The notes below the pieces were generated by a model. That model worked only from the letters and a program-made list of their open reading frames with translations. It did no database searches and was not told the DNA's origin. Below are positions 14,416 to 26,658 of a stretch of DNA of 64,000 nt, piece by piece. How positions within the stretch are numbered: the first letter of the stretch is position 1; every line of letters starts with the position of its first letter. Origin of the DNA: Basidiobolus meristosporus CBS 931.73 (taxonomy: Eukaryota; Fungi; Basidiobolomycota); NCBI GenBank assembly GCA_002104905.1, contig MCFE01000212.1, forward strand, positions 63,293 through 127,292, written 5' to 3'. Both the position numbers and the translations under genes were made by a program.

Positions 14416-15389
14416 GATGGGTGGCAGACTCAGGTTGATTTGAAACAGTGGCCAGCAGGATCTGGTGGTAGAGTACTTGTTGAATGAGAATCCATCAAGT
14501 GCTAAAGCAAAGGCATGGTCATATATACCCTCAAAGTAGACCTTGCTTTGTAGCTGTTTGCAATGTTTGCCATTAAATATATTGGATATGTTTGTGCTTG
14601 ATTGATACTGAGTGCAGTACTGTATATCTTTGCAATATTTGTTGGACTGCATCAGCTTCTTTAAATGGGTATAGCTGGAATATTTCTGGAGTCTGAACAA
14701 TGTTTTTCCTCAATGGTGGTGGATTTCTGATAATTTAGACATGTTGCAATGGTGGCATTTTTGGATGTGAATGCCATGCAACTGCTAATACATGCTGGAA
14801 TCAGGAGAGTCACTAGGTCATATGCTGCCAGCCACATGATTATTACCACTTGTACCATGTACATGGAAAGTTGCATCCTAGAATGATCTTGGCAAGAAGT
14901 GGTAATAAATCCCCAAAGCCCCCCATTACTAGCATTAGTGGAAATGCACCACTTCTCTAGCCAAAACATTACATCATTCACCAATAGATAGATTACTGGG
15001 CTCACTTAGCTCCATAAAGTGTTCTTAGAATTTGTTTCAACAGGTGTTGTCTCATTTCATATTGGGATTTGACTGGGCTCATATGTGGTACTATTGTTAG
15101 GGAAGATAGGCTCACTATCCATCAGTGAGCCTTCTGTGTCAGTGCTATCACTGTGCATGCCATATTTGGAAGGCTGAGGTGAGCCTAAAGGCATCACAAA
15201 CTCACCTGACTTAGTTTTTGCAATGTCACAAAGATGGCAAGGTGCCAATATAGAAGTATCAACTGGCTGGCAAGACATGTTGGTACAGTTGTGACTGATG
15301 AATGGTCAAATATGACTTGGGTGGTAAAGCACTGGTTGTGATTCTTGTTATACTTCCTATGCTGTTTGTGTGCTTCATGGCTGAGAGGC

Positions 15390-15960
15390 TTGCTGCAATA
15401 GCCACATGAGTGATCTGCAGATATTAAGATCAATTGGGTGCAATATTTAGCTACCAGTTGGCAGGATCACTCTTGGACAATTTTGCACTATGTAAGACAA
15501 TATTGCACACTATGCCGCAATCTGACACAATGAGGTTGGCACAGATGATTGTGCCAACTCATAATGATTGCATCACTCATGCAATTGGATACTGCTATTA
15601 TGGTAGGTAAAATCTGGTATTTGGATATATTTCTTTAATTTAAATGGAAATAAATGCATATCACACTATAAACTACACTCATACTTACTATTTAGGTTGC
15701 CATCACTCTAATTGGATGGTATCTTAGTGGAAAGTTGTTCCCAGACTATTCTGAAGCTGTCAGCCCCCAATTGGCTCTTTGACCAATACACAAGCTACCT
15801 GATTTGCCATAAAATATCCCATTTTGCCCTTTGAGCAAGTAAATCCCTGATCCTAGTGGTTGGACAGGGTGTCATAGCTAGCACATGTCCAATTGAGTAA
15901 GTGCAAAACAGACCAAATGGCTGCACTGGTGCTACAGATGATATATACGTATGCAGGGAC
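15390..15960 (+). mobile_element. Left-end fragment of the Harbinger-like element
   Basis: Aligns with about 20240-20800 (agctaccag...ggacaatttt/cgcactatg...aaatatcccattttgccc). Confidence 0.75.
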
Positions 15961-17030
15961 TTGAGTGGCTATACTACAAACATAAAGCTGAACTGTAGTT
16001 CTCTGCTGCTACTGTATCCATTCTCTACTCCATTTTGCACAGTATGTGGAGAATATTGCGCCTTGCTTCTCCTTTTGGGAGTTTCCAATGGAGTGGATGT
16101 GTGTGGCAATAGGAATACAAGTCAAGTTGCAGGTACTACCATATGCCAATCTCATCAAGAATATTATCTTCAAGTCTGTCATGGATGCAATGAGTTAGCA
16201 CATGGAGGACAGCCAGAAAGAGTTGGAAAATATTGAGGACATATGTGCACATGGAGACAGCTATGCCTATGGCATTAAGAAGCTAAGCAGTCCCAATGCG
16301 TGGGTAATCAGTTAAGTAATGCAAAGTTGGGTTGGTTGCCACAAGCAACTAATTTTATCAGGAAAACTCTACCAAGATATGCCAAATTTCTCATGGTCAC
16401 AAGCCAACTTCTACATCATTCAATACAGAATTCACACAAACAAAAGCCAGAGTGCACTTATCAGGGGGACTAGAATCCAGCAGGGAGAACAAATATATTG
16501 GCTAAATACCAAGAAGCTCTTTGCGGAGATTAAGGAGGTATTCATGGTAGAAGTGGCAACAACCAAGCATATGTTTGCAAGATGAGTATGTTACTACCAG
16601 TACAGGGTGTATGGCAACTTTGAAAGTATCACACTAAAAAGCTGTAAAGTTGAGGTGATAGAAGTATGTCATATGCAGCAGGTGAGCATGTTTGTAGAGG
16701 TTAGTATGCAGGAGGCCATAGTTTTGTTTGATTCAAACTACATGTGGAACACCCAATGTAGTAGTGGGTAAGCAAATATAGAGGGGTGATTCTACAGTGG
16801 AATATATGAATTGCATTAGGGGAGGTAGAAAAAGGAAATATCACTTGGTAAATTGGTACGGTAGCATTATACAGAACCAGCAGTAGGCCAACATACTGCC
16901 AATATAATGCCATCAGAGTCTTGCTGTGAGGTCATTGAAATACTGTCAAGCCTCTTGCCATATAAGGCAATTGGATGTCCTGGCCAACTGGATCCACTTA
17001 ATATAGTTATAGAGCATCAAAAGACCGCAA
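15960..17030 (+). mobile_element. CACTA/EnSpm-like transposase remnant, copy 2
   Basis: Translation ENIAPCFSFWEFPMEWMC...PYANL resembles the W(A)FPMER..G...PYA.L segment of fungal CACTA-type transposases once CpG decay is allowed for. Confidence 0.55.
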
Positions 17031-17849
17031 CATTGCCATGCAAATATTGTCACAGCACCAATAAAATATTGTTAAGTTTTTTCCCTTTATTTGGTTGTGA
17101 AATTAGGTTTTGTATTCCTTTTGGTTAACATTATCATACCATATTTAATTATAGTAGGCTAATGTTTTTTGTAATAATATGAAAATTCCATTAGATTACT
17201 AAATTTTTGTTTTAATATTTGTGGAGTAAAATCATATTGGGACCAAATTATTTTTCATAGGGTTACTATGATGGGTCATCACCGAATGTTGCATTCTTGT
17301 AGGTGCAATGTCTCAAATACAAGTTTGTCTTAAACTCTCATGAGTATTGACTGAAAAGTGATCTACAAGCATCACATTGTTGAGTGTCAAGCTGTTTTTC
17401 CTATGTACAAGAGGTTGAGGGAATATACTTCAACACTCACACACATTATTATTATCCCAACACCACTACTATTCATATAATCTTCCCACAAGGTAATGTT
17501 CAGGCTATAAGCCATTGGTCAGAATATGGAATTAAGCAACAACCAAAGATACCAAATATAGAGAGAATCAGCTGGAGCTAAAGCTTTCCACCAGGAGCAA
17601 TGCATTTGCCTTTCAACAGTATCACCATGCTAATGATCAGGTTGTGCATGGGTCATTCAAAGCTAAATGAGCCCTTGGAGATACCAGAAATATGTGACAG
17701 AACTGGCAAATGTAACAGAGCATCTGCTACACAAAGAATTGCTCACAAGCTTAAACCAGTATTTATATGCATATGCAATAATACAAGTACAAGGACCGGA
17801 TGGACTAGATATGTGTTTATTCAAATGCCCTTCTGAAGCAATTTGACCC

Positions 17850-19330
17850 CCAGTACATTGGAAGCAATGGGAGTCATGTGCAGATATTGTAGGCTGTAGC
17901 ACGTGTGTATAGCAGAACATGCATATATCTGCCACCACTGCATATATCCTGTACTTCATCTTGCTTGATGTGTGGAAAATATTGTGCCTTGCTTCACCTT
18001 TTGGGGGTTTCCTTTGATGCACATGTGTGAGGTAATTGGAAGACAAGTTGAGTTGCAAGTACTACCATATACCAATCTCATTAAGAACACTACCTTCAGG
18101 TCTGTGATGAATGTGATGAGTTGGCACATGAAGGACAGCCAAGAAGAGTTGGAAAATACTGAGGACAGATGTGCACATGGGGATGTCTATGCCATTGGCA
18201 CTAAGAGCTAAGCAGCCTCAATGCATGGGTGATCAGTTAAGTAATGCAAAGTTGGGTTGGATGCAACAAGCAGCCAATTCTGACTATGACAACTTTACCA
18301 AAGTATGCTGGGTTGCCCCTTGGTACAAGCCAGTTTCTAAACCACTCAATACATAATTCATTCAAACAAGAACCGAAGCATATCTATAAGGTGGACCAAT
18401 GTCCAGCAGAGAGAAAGAATGTATTTCCAAAGTACCTAAAAGTATTTTTTGGATTCTCAAGAGGGATGCATGGCAACACTGATGGCAAGCAAGCATATGT
18501 TTGCAAGATGTATATGTTACCAGCACTACAAGGTATGTGGCAACCTTGCTAGTATCACACCAAGAAGCTGTAGAGTTGAGGTGGTAGAAGTACGTCAACT
18601 GCAGCAGGTATGCACATGTGTGGAGGTTAGTGAGCAGGAGGTCATAATCTCTTCATTCAAACTATATGTGGAATAAAAGCAGTAGTAGTTGGTAAGCAAG
18701 CTAATTGGGGTGACTTTACAATGAAATACATGAATTTTGCAAGGATGTGGTAAGAGTCTTGGAGGTATCAGAAGTGATTTTGGGGATGAGCTGATTATGT
18801 GGTTCTCACTTAATGATTTATTGAATGTACCAGTGATACTTTTACTTTTACATGATCTTGGCATAATAAGCACATAGAGTAGGCTTAGGAAGGTTTCAGA
18901 ATATGCAATTAATGTTTGGGGCTGTTTGGACAGCTTTGAGAATTTTCATATTATGGGTACCTGATAATCTGTTGAAATATTCTTGTAAATTCCTAACAAG
19001 GAACTAGGCCAGTATTCTCAAAGGTTTATAAGCTGTGATCTAAGTGACTAAGTTTGGTGAGTATTTAGGTGGAAAATCAGATTTCTAAAGCAAAGGGGAG
19101 GTAGCAAAATCAAATACCATTTGGTAAATTAGTACAGTAGCATTACATAGTACTAGCTGTAGGCCAACATATTGCTGTTACATTACCAACAGATGTTTAC
19201 ATCAAGGCCATGGAACCACAATTGAGTTTTTTTCTATAGATGGCATTTGCAAGTACTGGCTGGTTGGGTATGCTCTTATAAGTGTATGCTGCAATAAGAC
19301 TCTCAGAATGTCATCAAAATCCCACTAAGG
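17850..19330 (+). mobile_element. CACTA/EnSpm-like transposase remnant, copy 3, containing a Copia solo LTR
   Basis: ENIVPCFTFWGFPLMHMC...PYTNL; colinear with copy 2 on both sides of the LTR. Confidence 0.55.
18746..19092 (-). repeat. Copia solo LTR (347 bp)
   Basis: Reverse-complement homology to 10329-10675, same length; near-TSD AAGGA/AAGGG. Confidence 0.8.
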
Positions 19331-20957
19331 AACCCCCCAAACACCATCAAGTTTACTTACCTATATAGCATTAGAGTCTGCAAAGCACCATCACAATCCT
19401 GTCATAACATTGTGAAGAAGGTCAATAATTCCAAGCTGCTGACATTGTTACAGTCTGATTGCAGGACATTGATGGCAGAACCAGATTGCAACCTCTTGCA
19501 GGACCAAACTATTTCTCACTGGGGCACTGCTGTTACAATGCCAACAGATGTCCACATAAGAGCCATTGAAGTACCTTTAAGTTCGTCTTCATATATGGCA
19601 GTTGCATTTACTGGCTGGTTGGTACCAGTTGAATAAGTGTAGGCCACAATAATACCATTAGGATACCAATCAAATCCTATCAAAGGACTGCCAAAACATT
19701 GTCAAGTATATTTATCAATTTATCAATAAAATCAGGTTGTAAAGAGGGTAATGTTTTGAAGCTGTCAGCATTATGACATCCTCATTGCAGGATCTTGATG
19801 GCTGATCCCAATTGGATCCACCTACAGGACTAAATTACTTTTCTTAGGGAGTATTGCAGCCCAATAAGTTTTAATAACCAAACAGTTAGTAAGCCGCATT
19901 TCTCAATAGTGAGCTTGCTAAGGATGTGTATATGGACCAGCTTGATGGGTTTGGTGACCAAGATAGACCCCAATTTGGTATGCAAGCTTTGAGAATCTCT
20001 ATATGGGCTCAAACAAGCACCAAAAGCCTGGAATTATTATGAACAGACACAAGGCAGCAGAGTAGAGCTAGGTAAGGCAGAAAAGGAAAGGATTTAGGTG
20101 TGGCTCAACCAGGTGAGGCTTGTTTACTCAAGACCTGTGTTTATCAAACTGAGGAATATGTCAAGAGGAATGAGGCTAAACACTTTTTGGCAATATTTAT
20201 GCCAGTAGGTATTAGACTTGTTCCATTGTACTGTGCCAGGGCGCGCGGCGCAATCTGCAGTTGCAAAAGACAATCAGGCGCAATATTATAGCTACCAGAA
20301 GGCAGGATTGTTCTTGGACAATTTCGCACTATGTGGGACAATCTTGCACACTATGGCACAATCTGACACGATGAGGTTGGCGCGGATGATTGCGCCAACT
20401 TGTAATGTTTGCATCATGTGCGCAATTGGATACTGCTATAATGGCAGGTAAAATCGGGTATTTGGATATGTTTCTTTAATGTAAATGGAAATAAATGTGT
20501 ATCACACTATAAACTACACTGATACTTACCATTTTGGTTACCCTCACTCCAATTGGATGGTATCTCAGTGGTTAATTGGTCCAAAAGTAACCTGAAGCTG
20601 GCAGCCCCCAATTGGCTCATTGACTACTGAAAAAGCTACCTGATTTGCCATCAAATATCCCATTTTGCCCATTGAGCAAGTAAATCCCTGATCCTAGTGA
20701 TTGGACAAGGTGCCATAGCTAGCACGCAAGCAATTGTGTAGGTGCAAAACAGATCCAAAAGCTGCACTGGTATTACAGATGACATATATATATGCAGGGT
20801 GTTTATTTATAGGGGTTCTGTCTCAAATGTGAGACGACCTTGATATTACTTATATCAAAAATTTGATGATCACTGATTTGCAATGGCTCAATTTGGATTG
20901 CAAAAAAAAAAGGGTTGCCCGGATCATTACAAATGTGAGTGATTCAAAGCAATCGCA

Positions 20958-22205
20958 TCATCTTCTCCTGGGTTTTTTTCTCACAGGGATTACTACTGAA
21001 GCATTTGGTAGTGACTCACTTTGCACACCTATACTACTTCCTGGCTGACTATCATCTTGGCTACTTGTGTATTTGTAGTCAGTATTTTGCCTCCTAGTTG
21101 ATGAGTGCAATGCTGCAGCTTGGCCATGCTGAATTGCTCCAACTGAACCAACTGAACCGGCCTGTAGTGCCACGCGCTGACGCACTCTTTTACTTGCCAA
21201 GGGCTCCGGTGGTTGAGGCACTTCATGTTGGTCATCATCAGTCGGTTCACCAGAAGTAACTTGCTGATGGTCAGGCAAAACAGCACGCGCAGGCGTGCCT
21301 TGATGCGTTGAGATGGCCCTTGGCTGAGTTCAATGTGATGCCGCATGTTGACGTGACTCGGTCTGCTCCAATGGACTTGTGTCTAAATGAGGAGTTTGGC
21401 AAGTTCTCGTAGTTTTGCTCTGAAGCGCGCGCATTGACCTGACGCACGTTGACTTGACGCGGGGTGTTCTGGTAAAGGGTGTTGGTGTGGTCTGGACTGA
21501 CATGCGCCGGCGCGCTGTGGTTGCAAGAGATGGTAGGGAGTCCAGCAAGGCGTGCTGGCACAATCTGGATGATGTTGCTTGCGGTCTGTATTCTTCCTCC
21601 TTAAGCTCACCATCTGATTCCTCAAGGTATTCACTTACCCTCTGTCTGATACTTTGGAGCTGTTGCCTGGATGAGTCCTGTGTATATTGCTCTTGGAAGC
21701 CACTTAGCTCTACTAATATATCAAGTAGTACATTAGTCATTTGAGGCAAAAACTCATTCAAAATCTCTTTGGTTCCCAAAGTTGAGGCACAAACGGACGC
21801 ATCCAGCCCGTACTGTGCAAATTGCGCGCAAAATTGTTCCCGCGTGGCTTCTTCGTCAAATCCCCTCACTCTCAGCTCATTCTTGATTTCAATACTTGTC
21901 TTGTTATATATCTTTTTACATACATTGGCTGGCATCTTGATGTAGAACTCATGCCACAGCTTTCTACTCAAATTCTTCCATCTTTGTTGACTCTCTGAGG
22001 TATCTAGTTCTGCTAGATTAATCAGTAGTGCCCAACTATCTGTATGAAGGCTCATCATAGACACTTGGGCCATACTAAAATTACTTGGTGAGAACTCAAA
22101 CGGATCCAACATAGACTTCTCCGGTCCGGACCGCACTTGTGAGCTGGGGGATGGGTTTTGTCTGGGTTGTACTAAAGATGAGTTGAGGCTTGGCATGGGG
22201 ACCAT
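20958..22205 (-). pseudogene. Harbinger-like ORF2 (about 415 codons), putative DNA-binding partner; one internal TGA
   Basis: ORFs 21330-22205 and 20958-21278 are in one frame separated by a TGA at 21330-21332 (CAA in copy C); QQRWKNL segment faintly Myb/SANT-like; C-terminal RKKPRRR NLS-like. Confidence 0.7.
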
Positions 22206-22564
22206 AGCAATGGATTTGGATACTTATACAGCAGTGTATTGGCATCAACCTGGTCTTATATGAAATATATATGAAAACTAAAGTGATTGTTGAATTTTCC
22301 ATATATTATGCATGATGCATCTCGGATCGTGTTGACACGGATCAGATCACATCAATCGCAGATTTCCTATTTGATTATAGACCTATGATTAAAGCATCAA
22401 TAAAAGTACCAAGGCATTGTTTGCAGATGATTTTTGCAACAAAATGATGGGATACATGGCAATTGATGGAGATTTAACCATAATGTGTTAAAAATCAGAT
22501 AAATAATGCAGATTGCGCCGAATCAATTCAAACCGCCTCAATACAATCATCCATCAATTTTAAT

Positions 22565-23449
22565 ATGACTTACTCATCTGAATGGTCTTTTCTCATCAAT
22601 CCCATCACTACCACTGGATTTCCTTTTGACACACTGGAGGAGATCTATACCAAGTACTGTGGACCATCAACCCCAATCTACTCAAGGAGATCCCTTGTTA
22701 AGCTTCTCTGCTATGACAAGAACTATTGCCCTACAAGGTTTCATCCCACCATCCATGGCAACAATAGTCCTAGAAGCTTTCATTCCCAGCTGACAGCAAT
22801 GGAGAACCACCTTGCAGAGGGTATGAATGACTTAGAGCAAGCTTGGAATACCAGGTTCAGAAGCTCCAACAGACTTCCATATCCCAGAGTGTTCAGCAAC
22901 AGGTTCCATATCAGGAGTATTTTGGATACCTTCCCAGTGAGGATTAACAGACCTTCTAGAGGGTAGAGGCACTTTTATTCTGGCAAGTACAAGGCACACT
23001 GTGTGAACTTTCAAGCACTGTCTGACATTGAGGGTAACATCATCTGGTTTAGTGGGCCATTTGCTAGAAGTAGGCATGACAAAGCACTCTGGGTAGAGAA
23101 TCATCCTGAATCTAGTAGAGGGGAGAAATGTATGGCAGACTTAGCCTATATAGGAGAGGATTGTCAGAGATTAGGATGTATTACAGCTTATAGGAAGCCA
23201 AGGAATGGTGTGCTTAGCAGGAAGCAGAAGCTCTACAATGAGATATTTAATCATTTCAGAGTAAGGGTAGAGCACACATTTGGATATCTGAAGAGATTCA
23301 GCATATTGGCAGGTAAATACAGAGGAAAGTCATATATAGGTGAAAACAGCAGAATAGGTAAAATAGTTAAGACACTTATTAATGCACAGTATGTTCATGC
23401 AAGAAGACATCCACCAAGAGAAATGTGTCTGGAGCATTATGAAGAGTAA
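22565..23449 (+). pseudogene. DDE_Tnp_4-type transposase, copy B; one internal TAG; true start uncertain
   Basis: ILDTFPVRINRP / MADLAY / RVRVEHTFGYLKRFSIL (D,D,E); TAG at 22964-22966 is CAG in copy A. Confidence 0.9.
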
Positions 23450-25189
23450 ATAAAGCAAGGAAAGCACTATTCTGAGCAACATAAGTAAGATTGAGTAAAA
23501 TTACCAGTAACTGTATCATACCACTGGCATCATGGTGGAAATTATAGTGCCAGATGGTGCTGTAGAGTGCCAGATCAATCCGACACTATAAACAGGCTGG
23601 CACTATGTGGCACTATCCAACGGAACAAGTCTATTTGCTAATACTGATGGAGATCTGGTGTCAGGCATTGTAAGCATGCTGCAAAGGAGGTATACTAGAG
23701 AGCAGACTAGAATACTGCATTAGGCTATGCAGTGGCAAGGTGGTCACATGACTTGGCCATGTGGCTTGAGACTACCATGTATGCTATGAAGCTACACAAA
23801 CTCCAATGATAGGCTCCCATAGAATGTTATGTTGTGTAACATTGACTTGGAGCTTCCAAGAAGCTGCTACAATCCAAAAAAGCATTCTGAAATGAACTGG
23901 GATCTCTTCACCAACCTGACTTGGCTTGTTCATCAGAGGTCAGCAATGTCTTGTGATCACTTCAGGAACTGCATGATCAATACCTATTTGGAATCCTTGA
24001 GTTTCCACACATACATTGCTAACCATACTGTCCACTATCAGCCAGATGGTGCAAATCCAGCCCTTTTAACTCCATGTGTGGTTACCTTAATATAGTACAA
24101 CCACCAAAACACACCAGAGAAGATCAAACCCAGCTTATGTTGAGGTTAAAATGTCCAATCTGGGAGAGCACAGATACTACCTAGGGGTACAGCTCTCCAT
24201 GGACAAACATACCCAGGCCATAAACATAAGCCAGTCCAAATGCATCCATGATCTACTTAGAAGGCACCATATGCGGTACTATAAACTAGATGCTGCCCCA
24301 GCAGACACAAACCTTAGCTTGGGGCAAAACTCCACCAAATCAAAATATTTTGGTGATATCTGAGAGCCTAAACTTCTCTTGCCAGTCTATGGTTGGCAGC
24401 TTGATGTGAACCATGCTAGGAACATGCCAAGATATCACATATTCAGTAGGAGCTGTTAGCCAACCTAATCATTCATATAGATGTGATGAGTTACAGCAGT
24501 TTAGAGGATGTTAAGATACTTAAAAGAAGCGGCTGCTAACTGATTGAAGTACTCTCATGGTAATTCAAAGCAGAATTATTTGGGATATTCTGATGATCAC
24601 TGGGGGCGGAATTTACAAGATTAGAGTTCTTTTGGAGGATACACCCCTGAGTCAAAAACCCAGAGAACACCAACAAAACCCCACCACAATATCTGCTTGG
24701 TTCTAAATTTCCCAAGAGCAACATCTCCCAATATCACAGGTATCAGCTTCACAGAAGAGAAGCCCACATCCTTTGCAGGGGGCAACTAGGCAAACTGGCA
24801 TTCACACCATATCTGGTCACCAGCTGCTCACCATGTCCACCAAAAATTGCAACTGAAAATTTGAAGCAGAAATGCTGGCTGAATACCAGCAGAATACATT
24901 CAGAATGCCAGCACGGTATCAGCTAAACACCTTATCACTTCCAACCTTGTCCTTTTTCATAGGGAACCTTTGGGTACCAATGAAGGAGTAATCACACGGA
25001 ACTCAAGAAAGCTACCAGCCATTGTACTCTCCACCTGAGAGGTGGAATTTATGGCACCCTTTGAGGCCACAAAAGAAGCAAAGTGGCCAAGAAAGTGCCT
25101 CAATTGCACAGGTTTATTTAAGGTGTATCCTACCGCTATATTTCAAACCCTAAGAAAAAGTTACCAACAAAAGGCCAGCAGGATGCTGA

Positions 25190-25487
25190 TGTGTCATCAG
25201 TTTTTTGACAAGCCACAGACCCTGGCAGCTGGATTTCAGGTGCCATGGGTATGGAGCTCCAAATGCATGCCTTTGGTCATGCAGCACTTTTATGCATCAT
25301 GTGCAACATTGGCCCCAAATGGACTCCCTACCACAAAGCAGGTGAAACACAGGAGCTACCTTGCAGGAAGAAGAGCAGTCATGTTTCACAATGTGAGGAT
25401 GGGTATAGGTCTGCAGTGCCCTCTGGCACACCATGGTACTGCTTGGCACTCATGGGCCAGTGTAACACTGTCCAACAAAACAAGTCT
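25190..25487 (+). mobile_element. Diverged single arm of the foldback MITE family
   Basis: Similar to about 2050-2345; ends caacaaaacaagtct followed by ATT. Confidence 0.6.
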
Positions 25488-26658
25488 ATTGGCTAGCTTG
25501 ACACCTCCAAAAGTCTGTTGACCATCATCAGTCCATTGAGAAGGGTACAGACCCCAACTAGCCAGCATTAAAGCTGCGCCATCAGAAGATCTTGACTGCT
25601 GATGTGGATCAGATCCACCCATGAGACTGCACCATTCATTGCAGGGGAGATGTGACATGGTCAACAAGTGCTTGGGAATATCTTGTTGATGCTTTTGTGT
25701 TTCTCTGGTTTTTCAGTGGGTAGGGTGCAGGGACCTGTGTAGGTTGGTAGAGATCAGGATTGCAGTGTATCTGGATCTCCATGTAAGTAAGCCAGTTGGG
25801 GTGTGGCAAGAATAGGAACTCTGGTGAAGTCACTGGGTTACCATATAATTCCCTGATCCTTCCCCCTCCCTCTACATGCACTCAAAACCTGAGGACAGCT
25901 TCCTGCCCACTGGGTCACCTATTGTCACCGCCCATGGTGATTTGGTTGGTTTTGAGCGCTTACAAACCAGAAAGTAATAACCAAGAGAAGTGAGGCTTAC
26001 CACCAATCCCCATCGCTCTGGGATCTGATTAGGTGGGGAATGGGGATGCCGGCCACATTCACCTTTCCCCTGGTCCCCTTACCAGCATAGGTTTCCGGTC
26101 TGGTGGGGTTTTGTTTGGCAACCTGGATGGGTGGAAATCCCATTTGGCCGCATCCAGCACCCAGGAGGATCCCTACTGACTAAGGGGTGGTACGGGGAAG
26201 GTGCGTGCGGAAGGGTACCAGATCGCCCATATAGATCCGGGTTGGGCACGAGGGGAGGAAGATTGGGATTTATTGGGGTGCACCGGATCGGTTCAAGGGT
26301 CGCTTGGTCCAACAAGACAATATGGATCTACGTGGTGAAGGAAGATGGTGGAAATAAGGCCGAAGGTGAGCTGGGTATATTATAAATATAGATGTTTGTG
26401 TGTGTATGTGTATATATAGATGAATAGATAGTCAGATATGGGTATGGAATTTGAGGAAGCGGGAGGGGGGAAGGAGTTCAGGGGAGTTGGACGGTTGGCA
26501 ATGATATTCCAAGCGTCGTTCACGGATGCGGGACCCATGGGGACCATACTGGTTGGGGACGAGCATCCGAGCGCCCACCACGACCCCTACACCTACACCT
26601 ACGTCTACACCAACACCTACACCTACACCACCACCAACGCCACTCCACACGAACCGGC

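Larger units (their letters stand above)
20214..23632 (+). mobile_element. Full-length 3419-bp PIF/Harbinger (ISL2EU-like) DNA transposon, copy B, two divergent ORFs
   Basis: 15-bp TIRs AGACTTGTTCC(A/G)TTG; ATT duplicated at 20211-20213 and 23633-23635. Confidence 0.92.
19915..25095 (+). mobile_element. Second, heavily decayed Copia RT/RNase H, split by nested insertions (homologous pieces about 19915-20035, 23960-24650, 24965-25095)
   Basis: DVYMDQ...LYGLKQAPKAWN at 19925-20035 resumes as homologue of 13570 onward at 23960; GYSDDHWG and NSRK...ST.E.EFMA remnants. Confidence 0.7.

Noticed and set aside
20030-23970. GGAATT/GGAACT at both edges of the insertion splitting the second Copia RT as a TSD
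   Set aside because: Imperfect, and the intervening outer sequence has no recognisable termini
26131-26385. 84-aa ORF at the edge of the CpG island
   Set aside because: Could be a terminal exon, but no recognisable motif or convincing splice structure
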